Positions 52,091 through 64,000 of a stretch of DNA of 64,000 nt are shown piece after piece (the first letter of the stretch is position 1; every line of letters starts with the position of its first letter). A program made the position numbers and the translations under genes. The stretch lies in NCBI GenBank assembly GCA_951406725.2, contig OX597815.1:188852001-188916000 (forward strand), given 5' to 3'. This stretch comes from Octopus vulgaris. Taxonomy: Eukaryota. The notes beneath the pieces were generated by a model. The model ran no database searches and was not told the DNA's origin. It worked only from the letters and a program-made list of their open reading frames with translations.

Positions 52091-53590
52091 ATACATACAT
52101 ATATATGTGTGTGTGTGTCCTTATTTTTTTAAGGTACAGGGTATATTTTGAGGGAAATTCGTCAGTTTCTAGCAGTTTGTATAACTAAATAAAAGCGCCC
52201 TGTGAGGTGTAGGAAAGAACCCAACACTTAAAGATAACATTCCCAAATTATTAACCGTCTTCTTATTGTGGATTGGAATGGATTTGAGATGAGTGAGAGG
52301 AGAAGATCTGAAGCTCCATCATAAAGCTCCATATTCAACAATCAACAAATCAAATCTCTAGCTGTTGTTTTATATTTTAAATTATATTTCAGTTCAGAAT
52401 ACTTTATTCTATATTATTCCGGTCCATACAGCTTTAGGCAATAAACACCAAATCGCCAGGAAAATATTAGCTGCACTACACTAGTAACAAGTTCAGAAGA
52501 TAATCTCTCATCTCCTCAAGGCTATGAAAATGGAGCTAAGTATAATTCTTAAAATTCATTCTCGGTGTAGGAGGCATTTATATTTTACGTTTTTTTTTGT
52601 TTTTTTTTTGGCAAAGTCTTGTCAAATTGATTTTGCATGTAAAAACCTTTCAGCAAATATGAACTCCCAAACCATTCCTTGAGTAATAGCAACATCTTGG
52701 TACCCCAGGCTATACTAAATACCTTATTGTATTAGACTCAGCTGTTCCTTGTGGGGAGAGAATGGAGAAGGCACAAGAGGACAAAGAGAAAGACTGCTGC
52801 AGGAATGGACAGAGGACCTGCTGCAGCTTGGGCAACTGATAGCTTGAGGTTGCTACTTTAGTAAGGCCTGAGGAATCTTGACCAGAAGGGCTATCAAGAA
52901 CAATGGAAATGACTTTGAAAAAGTGTCTAGATGACTGGTTAAAAAGTGATGATACATGCATGGTGTTAGAAGATGTTGTTTGGACAGAGTGGAGGCACCT
53001 GGCTTAGTGGTTAGGGTGTTGAACTCATGACTGTAAGGTTGTGGTTTCAATTCCTGGATTGGGCGATGCGTTGTGTTCTTGAGCAAAACACTTCATTTCA
53101 TGTTGCTTCAGTCCACTCAGCTGTCAAAAATGAGTAATCCTGCAACAGATCGGCATCCCATCCAGATGGGGAATCTCTACGCCACTGAAACTGGGAAACC
53201 GGCCCTTATGAGCCTGGCATGGCTCGAGAAGGAACATTTCCTTTAAAAATTTTTGGATACAGACCAAAGCTTAATCAACATTTCTATGGTTTACTGTATG
53301 AAAGTGTATGTTGCAGGACCCAAAACACTCAATGACTACAAGACACAAGGCTGCTGAAGAAGGTATCTCAATGACTAGGATATTCAGCTCATGAACTTGA
53401 TTCTAAGTGGTGTATTATGTCCTTAAGCAAGACACTTAATTTCTCATTGCTACAGGCTCATTGTGTCCTTGGGCAAGACCCTTTATTTCTCGTTGCTCCA
53501 TTCCATTCAGCTAGCATAAATGAGTTGTGCTTGTGATTCAAAAATACAGCCTTGTCACACTATGGGTCACACTAAATCTCCCTGAAAACT

Positions 53591-53888
53591 GTTCCTTCTC
53601 GAGCCATGCCTGGCTCATAAGGGCTGGTTTCCTGGTTTCCTTGGCATATATGTTCCCCACCTGGACAGGACACCGGTCCATCGCAGGTGAGCTGCAAGAT
53701 GCAGGAGGAAAGAGTGAGAGAAAGTTGTGGTGAAAGAGTCAGCAGAAGTTCGCCATTACCTTCTGCCAGAGCCGTGTGGAGCTTAGGTGTTTCGCTTATA
53801 AACACACACCTAGCCTGGTCTGAGATTCGAACCCACGATCCCTCGACCGTGAGTCCACTGCTCTAACCACTAGGCCATGTGTCTCCAC
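53591..53888 (-). mobile_element. SINE family D (tail type 2) nested in an older SINE
   Basis: TSD cctgaaaact at 53581-90 and 53889-98; reverse complement of 24839-25144. Confidence 0.88.
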
Positions 53889-54842
53889 CCTGAAAACTAT
53901 ACACTGAGGTTATGCATATCTGTGGAGTACTCAGCCACTTGCTTGTTAATTTCACAGGCAGATGGTTGTTAGGTTGATTGTATCAACTGGAACCCTCATC
54001 ATAGCAATCAATGGAGAGCCAAGCCACCAGGCTGACGAGTTTTGTATCTGAAACACTGAAACACTCATTTTAATGATGCCTTAAAAATTTTGGCTGTTCT
54101 GTTAAGCTTAGAGATCATTTTGAGTTAAAATCCAATTTTTTTTGTTGTTGAGAAAATGTGGGTGTGCATGTGTACATTAATTCGTGAGTTTGTGTGCGTA
54201 CATGCATGGATGCATATGTCTCTGCAACAGGCTAACTGTTTTTCCAGTGCCAACTAAATTAACATTACAAGTTCAATATTCCAAACATAATCATTATCAA
54301 TAAGATATCTATTGAACAAATATATTGCATTATAGTATTGTATAATTATGGGTTTTAAATCAAATTACATCTACATTAAGCTCAATGAAATTATAATCAT
54401 TGAAGACTGAATGATGCTAAAGCTCTTATGAGCTGAATGCTGTTAAATTTATGGTAAATATAATGACATTGCAGCTATTTCAGATGTAATAATGTTCAAT
54501 TTATTGCAAGCAGAATCACATTATATTCGACCAGACGTTTACAAATGTTGAAGTAACATTAGAAATTCTAACAAATTAATGATGTTTTAGTTCTTATTAA
54601 TTTACAAAATATTTGCTTGCAAGATAGATCTTTGGCTTAAATATTAGAAATCTTGAAAACTAGGAAATAGAGAAAATATACTTTGAAAAGTTGCCATTCC
54701 AAATTGTTGGAGTTACTTTTCTCGAGGCAGAAAGAAATTTTAATTTCCTTAGAATTGATGGCACTGAAAAAGGTGAAAAAAAAAAAAAAAAAAAAAAGGA
54801 AGGAAAAAGCATGATGCCGTCTCCAGAAATTTTATAGCTACT

Positions 54843-55397
54843 TCATCATCATTGTTCGACCGTGGTTGAGACAATGGAATTTACTATGTTATGCCAGGCT
54901 TCATGGTCCATCATAGCATTATGGAGGTCCTATAGCTGGATGCCTGTATCCCTGGAGATTACATCAGGATAGGAGAGTGTGCACCCTCTGGTATTGCGAG
55001 CAGATGGCTTCCAGGGGAGAAGAGTAGAAATTACCTCTTTTTCAGCTCTACAACAATGTCCAGCAAACTGGACTCTTCTACCTTTCACAAGAGATGATAC
55101 AGGTGGTAGTTTCCCATATATTTGTACTTTGGTTGGATGATGCTTCCACGAGAAATTTTGAGCTTTCATAAAGAGGCGACTGTAAATTCCACCCAACCGC
55201 CTCTCAAGCTTCTTTGATAACGTCCAGGTTTCTGGCTTTGAAGATTTTAAGTTTGAAATCTCTTACTTAGATTTGATGACCAAACTTATGCATATCATTA
55301 CAGGCTGACCAGGCCATACCCTTTCTAGTTAGAAAATCTTTTTCAGATGATGATATGTATGACCCAAGATATTTGTAATCAGAAACCACATTCAAAT
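54843..55397 (-). mobile_element. RTE-like LINE 3' fragment
   Basis: Minus strand NVVSDYKYLGSYI..AWSAC..; RRVQFAGHCCRAEKEVISTLLPWKP; short gatgatgaag tail. Confidence 0.75.
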
Positions 55398-56452
55398 AGC
55401 TACTTAAGGTGAGTCAATACCAATTAGATGCAAGCATTATTATTGTTATTATTATTATTTAAAAAATTTTGTATCTCATCCCAATGATGGAACCGAAGTG
55501 GGTTTACTCTTGGGTAACAAATCAACACCTGTGGCTTTGATCATCTGAGAAACTTCCAGTGATCTTTACCATTCCTAACAAACAGGCCAGTTGCATGTAT
55601 TCTATATGCTTCAGCAAACCAATCTTTTCATCAAATTCTTGAGCCTCTTCCTCATTGTTCCTAAATCTTCAGTGACTAGGGTTACCAACTTACTTTTTCT
55701 GCAACCCCACAATCTGCTTATCTCTCTCTTCAGTCATGGTATATATTTTACCTTGTTGATTTTGTTAGCATGCTGGACAAAATGCTTGGTGGTATTTTAT
55801 CTTGGTGGTATTTTAAGGCAGCAAGCTGGCAGAAACGTTAGTACGTTGGGCAAAATGCTTAGCGGTATTTCATCTCCTGTTACGTTCTGAGTTCAAATTC
55901 TGCCGAAGTCGACTTTACCTTTCATCCTTTCAGCGTCAATAAATTAAGTACTAGTTACACACTGGAGTCGATATAATCAGCTTAATCTGTTTGTCTGTCC
56001 TTGAATGTACTCTCTGTGTTTAGCCTCTTGTGGGTAGTAAAGAAATAGGTATTTTATCTGTCTTTACATTCTTTACATTCTGGGTTCAGATTCCACCGAG
56101 GTCGATTTTGCCTTTCACTATTTGGAGTTGTTAAAATAAGTATCAGTTAAGTAACAGGTCGTCTAAGTGCTTGCCAGTGTACTCAGCTGGAAATGGGTAC
56201 TTAGCCCTTTTCAGGGCCGCAGCACACGTCACAGCAGTGTTAGAAATTAGAGAAACCAATCCCACCCAAGGCGTACTAAAATGGACAGCAGGTGGACATC
56301 CGAGAGTCACAACTCGGATGTGGCCCGACCCTGTTAGAGTGTCAGGAGTTAAGGGCTGAAACACTTACCTAAAGGGGATTTCTCCTCTGAGGACCACCTG
56401 CTGTTACGCTCTCCCTGAGTTTCTTTCCACTGGACTCAATGAAATCAATTAG

Positions 56453-56715
56453 CCTCCTCCTCCTCCCTCCCTCCCTCCCTCCCTTCACCCTCCTCCCCTC
56501 TTCATCCTCCTCCTCCACCCTCCTCCCATCCTCCCCACCCTCGTCTCGACACCCACCCCTCCCTACTCCTCCCCTTTTCATCCTCCTCCTACTTCCTCCT
56601 CCTCCTCTCTTCCTCCTCCTCTTATTTCCTCCTCCCATCCTCCCCACCCTCATCTCTCCACCCCTCCGCATCCCTCTCCTCATCTTCCCCTCCCCCTCAT
56701 CCTCCCCCTCTCCAC
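56453..56715. repeat. Polypyrimidine/polypurine low-complexity tract ((CCT)n-like)
   Basis: Almost exclusively C/T on the + strand. Confidence 0.9.
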
Positions 56716-57562
56716 TCACAAAGCTTTAGTCCACCCAAGGATATAGTAGCAGGTGTCATGCAGTGGGACAGCCCAAGGTGCCATGCAGTGGAACTTAAAC
56801 CCGGAACCATGTGGTTGGGAAGCAAGCTTCTTACCACACAGCCCCTCCTTACACATATAATGTTTCATAACGATGCATGGCATAGTGGCTAGAGTGCTGC
56901 ACTCTTGATCACAAGATCACAGTTTCAATCTGCAGACTGGCAGAAGTAGGATGCAGGGGACATGCCAGTATGCAAAGGCAACCACGATTTTGCTCAGTTT
57001 GATGTGTCTTCTCAAACTCACCGAAACCAGCAGAAGTCTCAATCTTGTGTTGATAAGTATATATTTGATATTTTATATGCTTAAAATTTTGTTAAAAAAT
57101 TGTAAATGAACTGAACATGTAATAAAACGTATGGAAAGAAAATTTTGTGTGCCTAGTGTTTAAAAGCATTATGTACATCTGTTAATTAAATAATGTTTCT
57201 CCTCTTTAGAAATCTTGAAATATATTATAAAAGATGACATAGTAATTGAATTATGTTTGTTTAAATAACATTATTTCATTTAAAATACGATGTTGTATTG
57301 AAAACATCACTTGTAAGTGAAATACAATTAAAACACAAGCTGACAAAATTTGTGCAATGTAAAGTTTAAAAGAAAAAAAAATTTACTTTTATATATTGTA
57401 TAATATTGCAGGAATGACATTGTAGTTATGAATTTGTCTTTAGAACCAAGTGCCACCTTGGGGCGAGTATCGTCTTTGATTGTCTTGTGTTGACAAATAT
57501 TTTGTAAACAGAATCTTGCAGACAGAAACTGTGCAGAAACCTGCTGGGTGTGTGTATGTGTA

Positions 57563-57642
<80 letters not shown>

Positions 57643-58932
57643 TCTGTGTTTGTGTACTTGCTCATTGCATACATACATGTATGTGTATGTGCTCATATTG
57701 TCATCTATATTTTGTCTCTTTAAATCTTTTAACTTAGCAGCACTGCAGTGAAATTGATGTGGGGATTGATGTGACTGACTAAAACCATTGTGGCTGTGGT
57801 CAGTGCCCTGTATACATGTTTGTGTATGTGTGTGTCTGTGTGCTCATGTGAATGTATATATACTCTTTACTCTTTTACTTGTTTCAGTCATTTGACTGTG
57901 GCCATGCTGGAGCACCGCCTTTAATTGAGCAACTCGACCCCGGGACTTATTCTTTGTAAGCCCAGTACTTATTCAATCGGTCTCTTTTGCCAAACCGCTA
58001 AGTAACAGGGACATAAACACACCAGCATCGGTTGTCAAGCAATGCTAGGGGGACAAACACAAACACAGAAACACACCCACGCATATATATATATATACAT
58101 ATATACGACGGGCTTCTTTCAGTTTCCGTCTACCAAATCCACTCACAAGGCTTTGGTTGGCCCGAGGCTATAGTAGAAGACACTTGCCCAAGGTGCCACG
58201 CAGTTGGACTGAACCCGGAACCATGTGGTTGGTAAACAAGCTACTTACCACACAGCCACTCCTATCATCATTCTCAACAAAACTAGAGCAAAAGAAATAT
58301 AAATAAATATCAGATGATATTATTTGATTCTCTGAAGAATTTTTAATAGGACATATCTTAAAAGTTTTCTACTACATGTACAATTTTATAACACCTATTA
58401 GCAAATGAAACATGTGTAATTCTTTTATTCTTTCATTTGTTTCAGTCATTTGACTGTGGCCATGCTGGAGCACCATCTTTCAGTCGAAGAAATCGACCCC
58501 AGGAATCATTCTTTGAAAGCCTAATACTTATTCTATTGGTCTCTTTTGCTGAACTGCTAAGTTACAGGGACATAAACACATGAACATCGGTTGTCAAGCG
58601 ATGGTAGTGGGACAAACACAGACACACAAATATATACACACATATATATATATATATATATACATGCATACATACATACATACATACATATATATACATA
58701 TATATGTATATACATATGCATATATATGGCAGGCTTCTTTCAGTTTCCGTCTGCCAAATCTACTCACAAAGCTTTGGCCAGCCCGAGGCTATAGTGGAAG
58801 ACACTTGCCCAAGGTGCCATGTAGTTGGACTGAACCCGGAACCATAAGGTTGGAAAGCAAGCTTCTTATCAGACAACTTGGGTCTTTACATTTTCTATAT
58901 AATATATGTATATATATGTACATAATAAGTAC

Positions 58933-58973
<41 letters not shown>

Positions 58974-59007
58974 AATATATATGTATACGTGTGTATATGC
59001 ACACATG

Positions 59008-59049
<42 letters not shown>

Positions 59050-59345
59050 TTATATATACATAAGCTACAAAGAAGAAACCACACAGAGAGCAATGTTTTT
59101 TCCCAGTATTTTCAATAATTGGAGAATTTTCTATAACTTTGGGGAATGGGGTTTTCTTAAGCATGAATAAAAAATAATCTCTATTATCTCTAAGGTAATA
59201 GAGATTATGTAAAGATTAAAAGATGTTTCTCTGAATTTGTTGTCATTTTCTTTTTCATTTCCCAAATCTGTTCATGTATTTTCTGGTGTCATTGACAAAG
59301 AAGGATTTACCATGTCAAAATTTATAGAACATGAAAATAATTTAA

Positions 59346-60060
59346 AACAAGAGCACTCAGAGAGCACAAACCTCTGCCAAGGCAACACCAATGTCCTCTC
59401 AATGATTAGCCAAAGATGATTTTTAAAATGGGAATATCTGAAATAAACTTGACTGCTCTTACAAACGAGAATACTAAAAATGAACCCGACTGCTCTCAAA
59501 AATTAAGCAAAAAAGCAGGAAAAATAATCCAGAATCCTTGTCTGGTACCAGATCGATCCCAAAATCTAATCCTTTCATGCCAGTCACAAGGCCAAAAATC
59601 CCTGAAAGCTTTATCTGAATCCATCCAGCAGTTGAGATATCTTGTCCACAGACAAACAAATGTGACTGAAAACAATACCTCCACCTGTGCTAAGGCAGAG
59701 GTAACAAGAGCATTCAGAGAGCACAGACCTCTGCCAAGGCAACACCAACGTCCTCTCAATGATTAGCCGGAGATGATTTTTAAAATGAGAATATCTGAAA
59801 TAAACTTGACTTCTCTCACAAACGAAAATACTAAAATGAACCTGACTGCTCTCAAAAATTAAGCAAAAAGCAGGAAAAATAATCCAGAATCCTTGTCCAA
59901 TATCAGATCGATCCCAAAATCTAATCAGTGCATGCCAGTCATGGGACCTAACATCTCTGAAAGTTTTATTTGAATTCATCCAGTGGTTCTTGAGATATCT
60001 TGTTCTTGGACAAACAAACACGACTGAAAACAATATCTCCACCTTTGCTAAGGCAGAGGT
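59346..60060 (+). mobile_element. Head-to-tail dimer of a ~357-bp non-autonomous Helentron/HINE-like element
   Basis: Units 59346-59702 and 59703-60060. Each has subterminal acctctgcc near one end and a hairpin ending aaggcagaggt at the other; no TSD visible. Confidence 0.65.
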
Positions 60061-61220
60061 AATAAGTTTTTTTTTTTCTCTAAATTACCAAAAATATAAA
60101 ATCAGAATATGGAAATTGGTATTTGACCTACTTGCAAAGAAAAATGTAGAAGAATTATGGATTGAAGTCCAAAAGTCATAGAAATTATTTTCATGCAATG
60201 TAAAGTGATTTGTCTCTTGAATATTTCTTTATGTGATATGCCTGGAGCAAATTAACCTTACACAATCATTTACAAGTTGTACAAGAGAAAAAGGAACTGC
60301 AAAACTGTGAACTTCATAAGACATTATCAGTTTCACAATGCCTTTGCTACTTGCTCTGGTAAAATATACTGAAACATGATATCTATATACTAGAGCCAAT
60401 AAAGCAGCCTCTATGTGGTTGTTTTATGTGGTAGAAATAGCAGCCAATACTCTCTGAAATCATTCCATATCATCATTTAACGTCTGTTTTCTCTGCTAGC
60501 ATGGGCTGGATGGTTTGATAAAGCTGGAAAGGCCAGGAGAGGAACCAGGTTCCCTAGTCTGGTTTGGCATGGTTTCTACAGCTGGATGCCCTTCGTTATG
60601 CCAACCACTTTACAGAGTGTACAGGGTACTTTTTTACATGACATCATCACCAATATTTTTTTATGTGGCACCATTACCAATGGTTAACATGGCAACAGCA
60701 CCATGTAGCACCAACAAGCAGACATTAGATAATGTATACTATGCTTGTGAAGACCTATTGAACTGAATGAAATTGTAGTTATGGCCGATGCTAGTGGCAC
60801 ATAAAAAGCACCGTTTGAGCGCTGGGCCTCATGGAGGCAGTGACAGGTGACCAAGACCCTTGGCAATACACTGTACTTATGCAGACCTGCCAAGCCAAGT
60901 GAGGCTCTAGTCGTGGCTGATGCTGGTGTCAGGTCATTGGCACCTTTGCTAATGGCATGTAAAAAACACCAGCTACATTTTCAGAGTGGTTGGTATTAGG
61001 AAGGGCATCCAGCCATAGAAACCTTGTGCTCATGTGGTGCTGTATAAAAGCACCCAGCACACACTGTAGAGTGGTTAGTGATAGGAAGGGCATCCAGCCA
61101 TAGAAACCATGCTTAATCAAACTGGAGCCTTGTGTGTGTCTCCAGCTTGCCACCTCTGGTCAAACTGTCCAACCCATGCCAGCATGGAAAATGGACGTTA
61201 AAAGATGATGCTGTTGCTGA

Positions 61221-61577
61221 GCATAGCGGTCTTCATCCAGTGGGAGAAGTCCGAAACGTGGTCCTTTGCTATTTGTAAAACCCGCAGAAGAGAGAGCAGG
61301 TCAACCCCCGACACCGAGAGCATCGACGGATGGATGACTGCGCATCCAAGCTCAGCGGTTGCGTAGGAAGTTGGGGACAAGAAACAGGAAGAAAGAGTGA
61401 GAGAAATTTGGAGCGAAAGAGTACAATAGGGGTCGCCACCACCCCCTGCTGGAGCCTCGTGCAGCTTTAGGTGTTTTCGCTTAATAAACACACACAACGC
61501 CTGGTTTGGGAATCGAAACCACGATCCTCCGACTACGAGTCCGCTGCCCTAACCACTGGGCCATTGCACCTCCACTC
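61221..61577 (-). mobile_element. SINE family D, tail type 3
   Basis: Same head and body as 4917-5226 with a different tail; 12-bp TSD tgctgttgctga at 61209-20 and 61578-89. Confidence 0.85.
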
Positions 61578-61894
61578 TGCTGTTGCTGATGATGACAACT
61601 GAATAGGGATTGCTAATCTTGCTGTTGTATGGATGGGATTGCCACAGCTGGAAAACTTTTTGATCATAGATTGCTACATGATTTTTATGGCAATAGCAGT
61701 GTTATAAAAAAATTTTATATAATATGATATTGAACTCAGTAACTGGCTCTTTTGATTTTCTGATAATTCTACAAATAGGCAGAAGGGATCTACCAAAGCC
61801 ATTTCAATATCAATAGACTTTCACAAAGATTCTTTATGAATAGTTAATTCTAGGAAAAAAAAAAAAGAAAAAGGAAAGAAAATTGGCCATTAGA

Positions 61895-62215
61895 TGTTCT
61901 TTCTTAACAGGAGCTAGTAGAGCAGATGCTAAAATTAACAAGCCTATCTCTTTGACTTCATATGTCAGCAAGGTTATGGTGAGAATTATCATAGACAAAC
62001 TGATTCTGCTATTAACGGAGAATGGCTTGTTGCTAAATGATATCTCAACAAGGTTTCCGCCTAAGCAGAAACTGCCTTACACAACTGCTACAGCTTTATG
62101 AGTGAATGTTGAAGCAGCTACTTAACCAGTCAAACATAATATCCTAAGTTGATCATGAGATAATGTACAACAGGCTGTATTATCTCGACGTAGTTGGGAA
62201 ACTGGGAGAGTGGCA
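61895..62215 (+). mobile_element. Decayed CR1/Jockey-group reverse transcriptase fragment
   Basis: KPISLTSYVSKVMVRIIIDKL..LL matches RT domain 1-2 'YRPISLTS..KxMERII', followed after a frameshift by QQGFR..RNCLTQLL. Confidence 0.7.
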
Positions 62216-62309
62216 AGATAACAGGAGCAGCTTTATGCAGTAGCTCGACCTGTTAAGATTTAGCAACTGAACATCCCTCTAATCACGTCCTACTTAAAGA
62301 AGGATATAT

Positions 62310-63072
62310 TCTTTTCTACTCTAGGCACAAGGCCCGAAATTTTTGGGGAGGGGGCCAGTCGATCAGATCGACCCCAGTATACAACTGGCACTTAATTTAT
62401 CGACCCCGAAGGATGAAAGGCTAAGCTGACTTTGGTGGAATTTGAACTCAGAATGTAAAGACAGACAAAATACTGTTAAGCATTTTGCCCAATGTGCTAA
62501 CGTTTCTGCCAGCTCGCCTTAATGCATACATTTCATTGAAACCAAAGCTGGGAGTTTGTTTTATGACTTGACTTTCACACTATTGTGATCTTCATGTGAA
62601 ACATCTTCTTCCCAATAGAGTTTAGTAAATATTCTATTCTACTCAAGGCACAAGACCTGAAACTTTTGGGGTAGGGGCCAGTCGATCAGATCGACCCCAG
62701 TATGCAACTGGTACTTAATTTATCGACCCCGAAGGATGAAAGGCAAAGTTGACCTTGGTGGAATTTGAACTCAGAATGCAAAAATAGACGAAATACTGTT
62801 AAGCATTTCGTCCGGCATGCTAACGTTTCTGCCAGCTTGCCACCTAAAATTTTCTTTTTTACTCTAGGCACCAGGCCTGAAACTTTTGGGGGTGAGGGTG
62901 GGGGCAGTTGATTAGATCGATCCCCAGTATGCAACTGGTATTTAATTTATCGACCCTGAAAGGCTGAAAGGCAAAGTCGACCTCAGCAGAATTTGAACTC
63001 AGAACACAAAGACAGATGAAATATTACTAAGCATTTCACCCAGCGTGCTAACATTTCTGCCAGCTTGCCACC
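62310..63072 (-). mobile_element. Three adjacent same-orientation family A SINEs with an alternative tail
   Basis: Copies at about 62310-62518, 62635-62843 and 62852-63072; tail ..aaatttcgggccttgtgcctagagtagaaaag. Confidence 0.85.
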
Positions 63073-64000
63073 TCTTATGGAAGGATATATTATACAATGA
63101 AGGTACATGACCTAGTGGTTAGGTGGTTAGGCATGTTGTGCTTGTGATCATGAGATTGTAGGTTTGATTCCTAGACCAGCTGTGCATTGTGTTCTTGAGC
63201 AAGACACTTCATTTCATGTTGCTCCAGTCCACTCACTTACAAACAGGTAACCCTGTGATGACGTGGCTTTCTGATCAGGAGAAATGTTGGTCTGCTCGCT
63301 TAGTTAGTGAGATGGCATCATTCGAAAGCTACAGAAATGCAAAGTGCATTGTGACTAGTGATGTATAACAAAATCCAATAGTCTGGTCGATCACATGGTC
63401 ACATGATATTGTACAATAAATATGTGATAGGCATCGTTTGAAAGTCTATGATTACAGATTTGTCCAATCAGAGTTGACCTGGGGCTAAACAGTAATTGGA
63501 AGTGTGGTTGGATAGCTCAATAAATATTTAGAACAGCAGAACTAGAAGCCCGTCATATATATGTATATATATATATATATGTATATATGTTTGTGTGTAT
63601 GTGTTTTTGTGTGTCTGCGTTTGTCACCTCAACATCACTTGACAACTGATGCTGGTGTGTTTACGTCCCTGTAACTTAGCGGTTTGGCAAAAGAGACCAA
63701 GAGAATAAGTACTAGGCTTACAAAGAATAAGTCCCGGGGTTGATTTGCTCGACTAAAGGTGGTGCTCCAGCATGGCCACAGTCAAATGACTGAAACAAGT
63801 AAAAGAATAAGACTTATTTCAAAATCTGTTTTACGCTAAAAATCGAGAGGGAGAGAGAGAGAGAAATAAAGTGAGTGAGTGGGAAAGAAATAGATAGATA
63901 GAGAGTGAGGGGAGAGGGGGAGAGAGAGAGAGAGCCTGTAGGTGTCAGTAAATTTGGTTTCTATGAGACATGAAAAAGTTCCGACAAAAGATGAAGTAGT

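Noticed and set aside
59416-60042. 116-aa and 143-aa ORFs
   Set aside because: They span the tandem non-autonomous element, and the frames are not conserved between the two units.

Overview
AT-rich, microsatellite-saturated eukaryotic DNA, either intergenic or a large intron. The SINE families and the abundant (TA)n, (TAA)n and (CAT)n tracts resemble coleoid cephalopod (Octopus-like) genomes; this is inference, not a database match. I cannot support any host protein-coding exon, and almost all supplied ORFs are microsatellite or repeat read-throughs. The window contains: a full-length but disabled DD34E Tc1 transposon (26171-27882); a young 5'-truncated RLE-type (R4/Dong-like) LINE with an open C-terminal ORF sitting in (TAA)n; several RTE and CR1 LINE fragments, one with a PHD finger inside the RT and one nested with a TSD; mariner, hAT, Tigger and Helentron-like remnants; and dozens of copies of about 4 SINE/LINE-tail families. 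The most interesting signal is a set of short, mutually dissimilar elements inserted in (TA)n or (TAA)n that carry type I hammerhead ribozyme cores, like Penelope pseudo-LTRs. One joins a tRNA-like A/B-box head to a hammerhead tail in a fold-back arrangement (9521-10098), a candidate Penelope-mobilised ribozyme SINE. Five divergent TA-embedded inserts share a conserved 3'-terminal motif. All alignments and folds were done by eye.
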